The notes under the pieces were generated by a model, which saw only the letters and a program-made list of their open reading frames with translations, had not been told where the DNA came from and searched no databases. From Planctomycetota bacterium (GTDB lineage Bacteria; Planctomycetota; SZUA-567; H5-PLA8), in contig JAHCJK010000006.1 in NCBI GenBank assembly GCA_026184295.1, forward strand, positions 4,891 through 68,890: 64,000 nucleotides of DNA, written 5' to 3'. Numbering within the stretch: position 1 is the first letter of the stretch; every line of letters begins with the position of its first letter. Positions 59,127 to 64,000 of this stretch are shown piece by piece. The translations under genes and the position numbers were made by a program.

Positions 59127-60950
59127 TTACGCCCCGCTGCCGGCCGTGACCTTCTCGCGCGGCGCCTGAGCCGCGTGGAAGCCGAGAAACGCCTCGGCGC
59201 CCTCGGGGCCCATGTAGCGCCGGAGGATGGACGGCTCAGTGCGGGTCAGGTCCACCAGCACCAGGCAGTCGAGCACCCACGAGAATTCCGGATCGAGGTT
59301 GAAGCCGAGCACCCGCCCGCCCAGCCGCAGGTACTGCCGCAGCAGCACGGGAATGCCCTTGCCGTCGGGTTCCAGGTCGCTCACCAGCGAGGAAAGGTCT
59401 TCAAGGCTCGAGGGTCCCCCGCCGAGCATACGCGGGTCCTGGTCGGTCGGGCGCATCGAGCGGAAGGTCCGGCGCGGGCGGACGAACTTGGCCCACTCGC
59501 TCATGAAATCGAGCCGGCTGAGGAAATCGACCATCACCCCGCGCGAGTAGTTCGGGTACGCGTTGCTGATGCTCACGGGCCCGAAGAGGTAGCGGAACTG
59601 CGGGTTGCGCACCAGGTACCGGCCGATGCCCTTCCACAGCAGCATCAGCGCCGGCGAATGCTGGTATTCCGGGCGCACGAACGATCGCCCCAGTTCCAGC
59701 GCCGGGCGCATGTGCTTGAAGAGTTCCGGGCGGAAGCGGAAGAGCGTGCTGGTGTAGAGCCCCAGTTCGCCGCGCGCGCGCACCAGGTCGTCCACGTGCC
59801 CGACCCGGTACGCCCCCGCCACCTGCTGCTTGGCCTTCTGCCAGACGAAAAGGTGCAGGTACTCGTCGTCGAAGCGGTCGAGGTCGCGTTCCTTGCCGCT
59901 GCCTTCGCCGGCCTCGCGGAAGGAGACCTCGCGCAGCCGTCCGATCTCGAGCAGCAGGCGCGGGATCTGCCGCGAACGCGCCGTCCAGATCTCGTATTCG
60001 CCTTCGGCGTGAACGCGCTGCTCGCGGGGCAGCTCGCGGATTTCCTGGTCGAGCACCTCGCTGGGTTCCCGGGGCGCGACGGGCACGTCCGAAGGAGCGG
60101 TCAGGCGGTGCGCGTCGGGTTCGCCGCGGTGGCGCAGCGCGTAGGTGCGCTGACGCAGGTACGCGATGCAGGTCCCGTCGTCGGGGAAGACCGCCAGGCG
60201 CGCGTGGGGCACCGGCTTGCCGGCGCGGATTTCCAGGCGCGTCCCGCGGTGGCGCAGGAACTCCCGCGGCAGCAGCGCGGTGCGCAGGCGCGGATGCACC
60301 AGCCCCGCGGCGTGAAAGAGCGCGCTGTTCCCGCCGTTCACGAAGACGGGCAGGACGTCGGCCCGGCCCGCCAGCGCCAGCCGCGCGATCCCCGGTTCCC
60401 ACGCGCCGTCGGTGACGGCCGCGTTGCGCCACTGGTAGTGCGAGACGCTGCCGGCGGGAAAGACCACCACCATGCCCCCCGCGCGCAGGAAGCGCAGCGC
60501 GTCCTTCATCGGGGTGACGTTGCGCCCGGCTGCGCCTTCGCCGCCCATGGGATCGACGAAGATGCATTCCTCGCGGAATTCAGGGATCGCGCCGAGCAGG
60601 TAGTTGGCCAGGAACTTGTAGTCCGGACGGATCGACCGCAGCAGGCTCAGCAGCGCCAGGCATTCGACGCCGCCGGTCGGGTGGTTGGCGACCAGCACCA
60701 CCGGCCCCGTGGCGGGAATGCGCGCGCGGTCCCCCGCGGAAATGTTGTACGCCGCGCCCAGGCTGTCGAGCAGGCGGTCGGCAAAGGGCCGGGCCGGGTC
60801 GAGCTTGCCCGCGGCGGCGTGGAGTGCGTTCAACTGGCGGAAGCAGCAGAGCCATTCGAGGCCGCCGAGGGCGAGCCTGGTCAGCCCCGGGTGCTGGCTG
60901 CCGGGCGGCACGTCCAAATGGAAGGTGGGGCGCGCAGCAGGAATATCCAT
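59127..60950 (-). CDS. Fused lysophospholipid-acyltransferase (PlsC/OlsA-like) / GNAT N-acyltransferase (OlsB-like) protein; OlsF-like
   Basis: Start trimmed to MDIPAARPTF (ATG at 60950). N-terminal half: VLVANHPTGGVECLALLSLL...VVVFPAGSVS (acyltransferase HxxxxD/E and PxG blocks). C-terminal half: RDLDRFDDEYLHLFVWQK..QQVAGAYRVG......LYTSTLF.F......ALELGRSFVRPEYQ (OlsB/hemolysin-like GNAT). Confidence 0.65.
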   Translation of the reverse strand: MDIPAARPTFHLDVPPGSQHPGLTRLALGGLEWLCCFRQLNALHAAAGKLDPARPFADRLLDSLGAAYNISAGDRARIPATGPVVLVANHPTGGVECLALLSLLRSIRPDYKFLANYLLGAIPEFREECIFVDPMGGEGAAGRNVTPMKDALRFLRAGGMVVVFPAGSVSHYQWRNAAVTDGAWEPGIARLALAGRADVLPVFVNGGNSALFHAAGLVHPRLRTALLPREFLRHRGTRLEIRAGKPVPHARLAVFPDDGTCIAYLRQRTYALRHRGEPDAHRLTAPSDVPVAPREPSEVLDQEIRELPREQRVHAEGEYEIWTARSRQIPRLLLEIGRLREVSFREAGEGSGKERDLDRFDDEYLHLFVWQKAKQQVAGAYRVGHVDDLVRARGELGLYTSTLFRFRPELFKHMRPALELGRSFVRPEYQHSPALMLLWKGIGRYLVRNPQFRYLFGPVSISNAYPNYSRGVMVDFLSRLDFMSEWAKFVRPRRTFRSMRPTDQDPRMLGGGPSSLEDLSSLVSDLEPDGKGIPVLLRQYLRLGGRVLGFNLDPEFSWVLDCLVLVDLTRTEPSILRRYMGPEGAEAFLGFHAAQAPREKVTAGSGA

Positions 60951-61185
60951 GACTTGATCCCCCGCGTACAGTTCCCCAGCATCGAAGGGTCGGAGAATTC
61001 TGTTTGGGGCGCGTGGGGAAAAAATAAGGCCTGCGATAAATGCGGGCTTGCGGGCGGTAAGAACAGGGCAAGCCGCAGGTTCAAGCCCGGACCCGGGTTG
61101 CATGAGACAAGACAACAGGCTCCGATTTCCTCTTTACTTACCCGCGCCGCGTTGGAATATGGCGGGCTGACAACCGAAGAGCGTG

Positions 61186-63374
<2,189 letters not shown>

Positions 63375-63382
63375 TCATGTAG

Positions 63383-63401
63383 GACAGGCGTCCCGCCTGT
63401 C
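63383..63401. repeat. Palindromic unit GACAGGCG-TCC-CGCCTGTC (also a likely thiC terminator hairpin)
   Basis: A perfect 8 bp stem 9 nt after the thiC stop. A degenerate copy, gacaggcgtcccgccggtc, lies at 53916-53934. Confidence 0.7.
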
Positions 63402-63456
63402 TGTAACTTGCCCTGCGCGATCATTTCCGCCGCGGGTGAAACCCTTCGCAGTCGCT

Positions 63457-63680
63457 CCCGGCGCGCGGCCAGCGCGCCGGGGTCTTTTGTAGCGCCGGCA
63501 TCTGGCCGGCCGTGTCGCCGGCGTCCCGCCGGCCGAGCGCAGGTGAAAACCTACTCGCGTCCCGTGCCGGCGGGGACGCCGGCGCTACGGCGCTGTCCGC
63601 GCTCGGAACACATGCGCAGGCGGGACCGGCACACCGCGTTGCGGTGTGGCACCCACGAACGGCTCGAATCTACAAGCACC
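63457..63680. repeat. Composite GC-rich repeat, copy A (about 224 nt)
   Basis: Runs from cccggcgcgcggccagcgcgccggggtcttttgtagcgccggc... to ...ggcacccacgaacggctcgaatctacaagcacc. It is made of nested palindromes (ccggcgcgc/gcgcgccgg; gccggcgtcccgccggc; ccggcggggacgccgg; acaccgc/gcggtgt). Confidence 0.9.
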
Positions 63681-63715
63681 AATGTCTTTGTGGTGCAGAC
63701 CTCCAGGTCTGCACG

Positions 63716-63963
63716 CCCGGCGCGCGGCCAGCGCGCCGGGGTCTTTTGTAGCGCCGGCCTCTGGCCGGCCGTGTCGCCGGCGTCCCGCCGGCCGAGCGAA
63801 GGTGAAGGCCCACTCGCGTCCCGTGCCGGCGGGGACGCCGGCGATACTGCCGGCCGGGAGGCCGGCGCTACGGCGCTGTCCGCGCTCGGAACGCATGCGC
63901 AGACGGGACCGGCACACCGCGTTGCGGTGTGGCACCCACGAACGGCTCGAATCTACAAGCACC
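63716..63963. repeat. Composite GC-rich repeat, copy B (about 248 nt, direct repeat of copy A with a 24 nt insertion)
   Basis: Near-identical to copy A by eye, apart from a few substitutions and the insertion atactgccggccgggaggccggcg. The copies are separated by a 35 nt spacer holding another palindrome (gtgcagacc-tcca-ggtctgcac). Confidence 0.9.
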
Positions 63964-64000
63964 GAGTTCAACCACCTGGGGTCAAGCGCCGCCAACCATT

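Noticed and set aside
55318-59169. 1283 aa plus-strand ORF spanning the GQ-repeat region and beyond
   Set aside because: It is the mirror of the real minus-strand genes (54805..58140, 58270..59076). The translation is a low-complexity ALALSL / RRGG-type sequence, and it stays open only because of the repeat and the high GC.
63655-63680. tRNA-like T-loop (ggctcgaatc) at the end of each composite repeat copy, and a general search for tRNA genes next to the AT-rich islets
   Set aside because: The flanking bases cannot form a T-stem or acceptor stem, and no cloverleaf can be drawn. I found no tRNA-like sequence in any intergenic region of the window.

Overview
A 64 kb, very GC-rich chromosomal segment (about 70% GC by hand sampling). 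I did all calls by hand translation and eye-matching of motifs, with no searches, so family names are recognition-level calls. The gene content points to a PVC-superphylum or Planctomycetota-like bacterium, but this is inference only. That content includes two Gfo/Idh/MocA oxidoreductases, DUF1080, a 4x PA14 protein, an ECF sigma/anti-sigma pair, a HEAT-repeat protein, many secreted low-complexity proteins and a membrane H+-PPase. I support about 50 CDS. Most are housekeeping genes: cmk, rpsU, hppA, rsfS, asnS, argS, aroF, dnaN, typA, nth, thiC, mobA. There is a small glycan-degradation cluster, one TPP riboswitch upstream of thiC, several hairpin terminators and several families of GC-rich palindromic (REP-like) repeats. 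I found no rRNA, tRNA, CRISPR array, transposase or integrase. Two short, sharply AT-rich islets (about 32-40% GC) interrupt the GC-rich backbone, and each sits next to an aminoacyl-tRNA synthetase gene. The first (about 23.27-24.12 kb) carries one orphan secreted protein. The second (about 33.98-35.76 kb) is the most interesting object in the window. It is a translationally coupled two-gene cassette encoding an ABC/AAA_21-type ATPase and a DUF4276 (Toprim-like) protein, wedged between argS and aroF with no mobility genes. I read it as a candidate, experimentally uncharacterised OLD/PARIS/AbiL-like defence module. Many long ORFs in the supplied track are Arg/Ala/Gly-rich antisense or out-of-frame mirrors of the real genes, and I rejected them.
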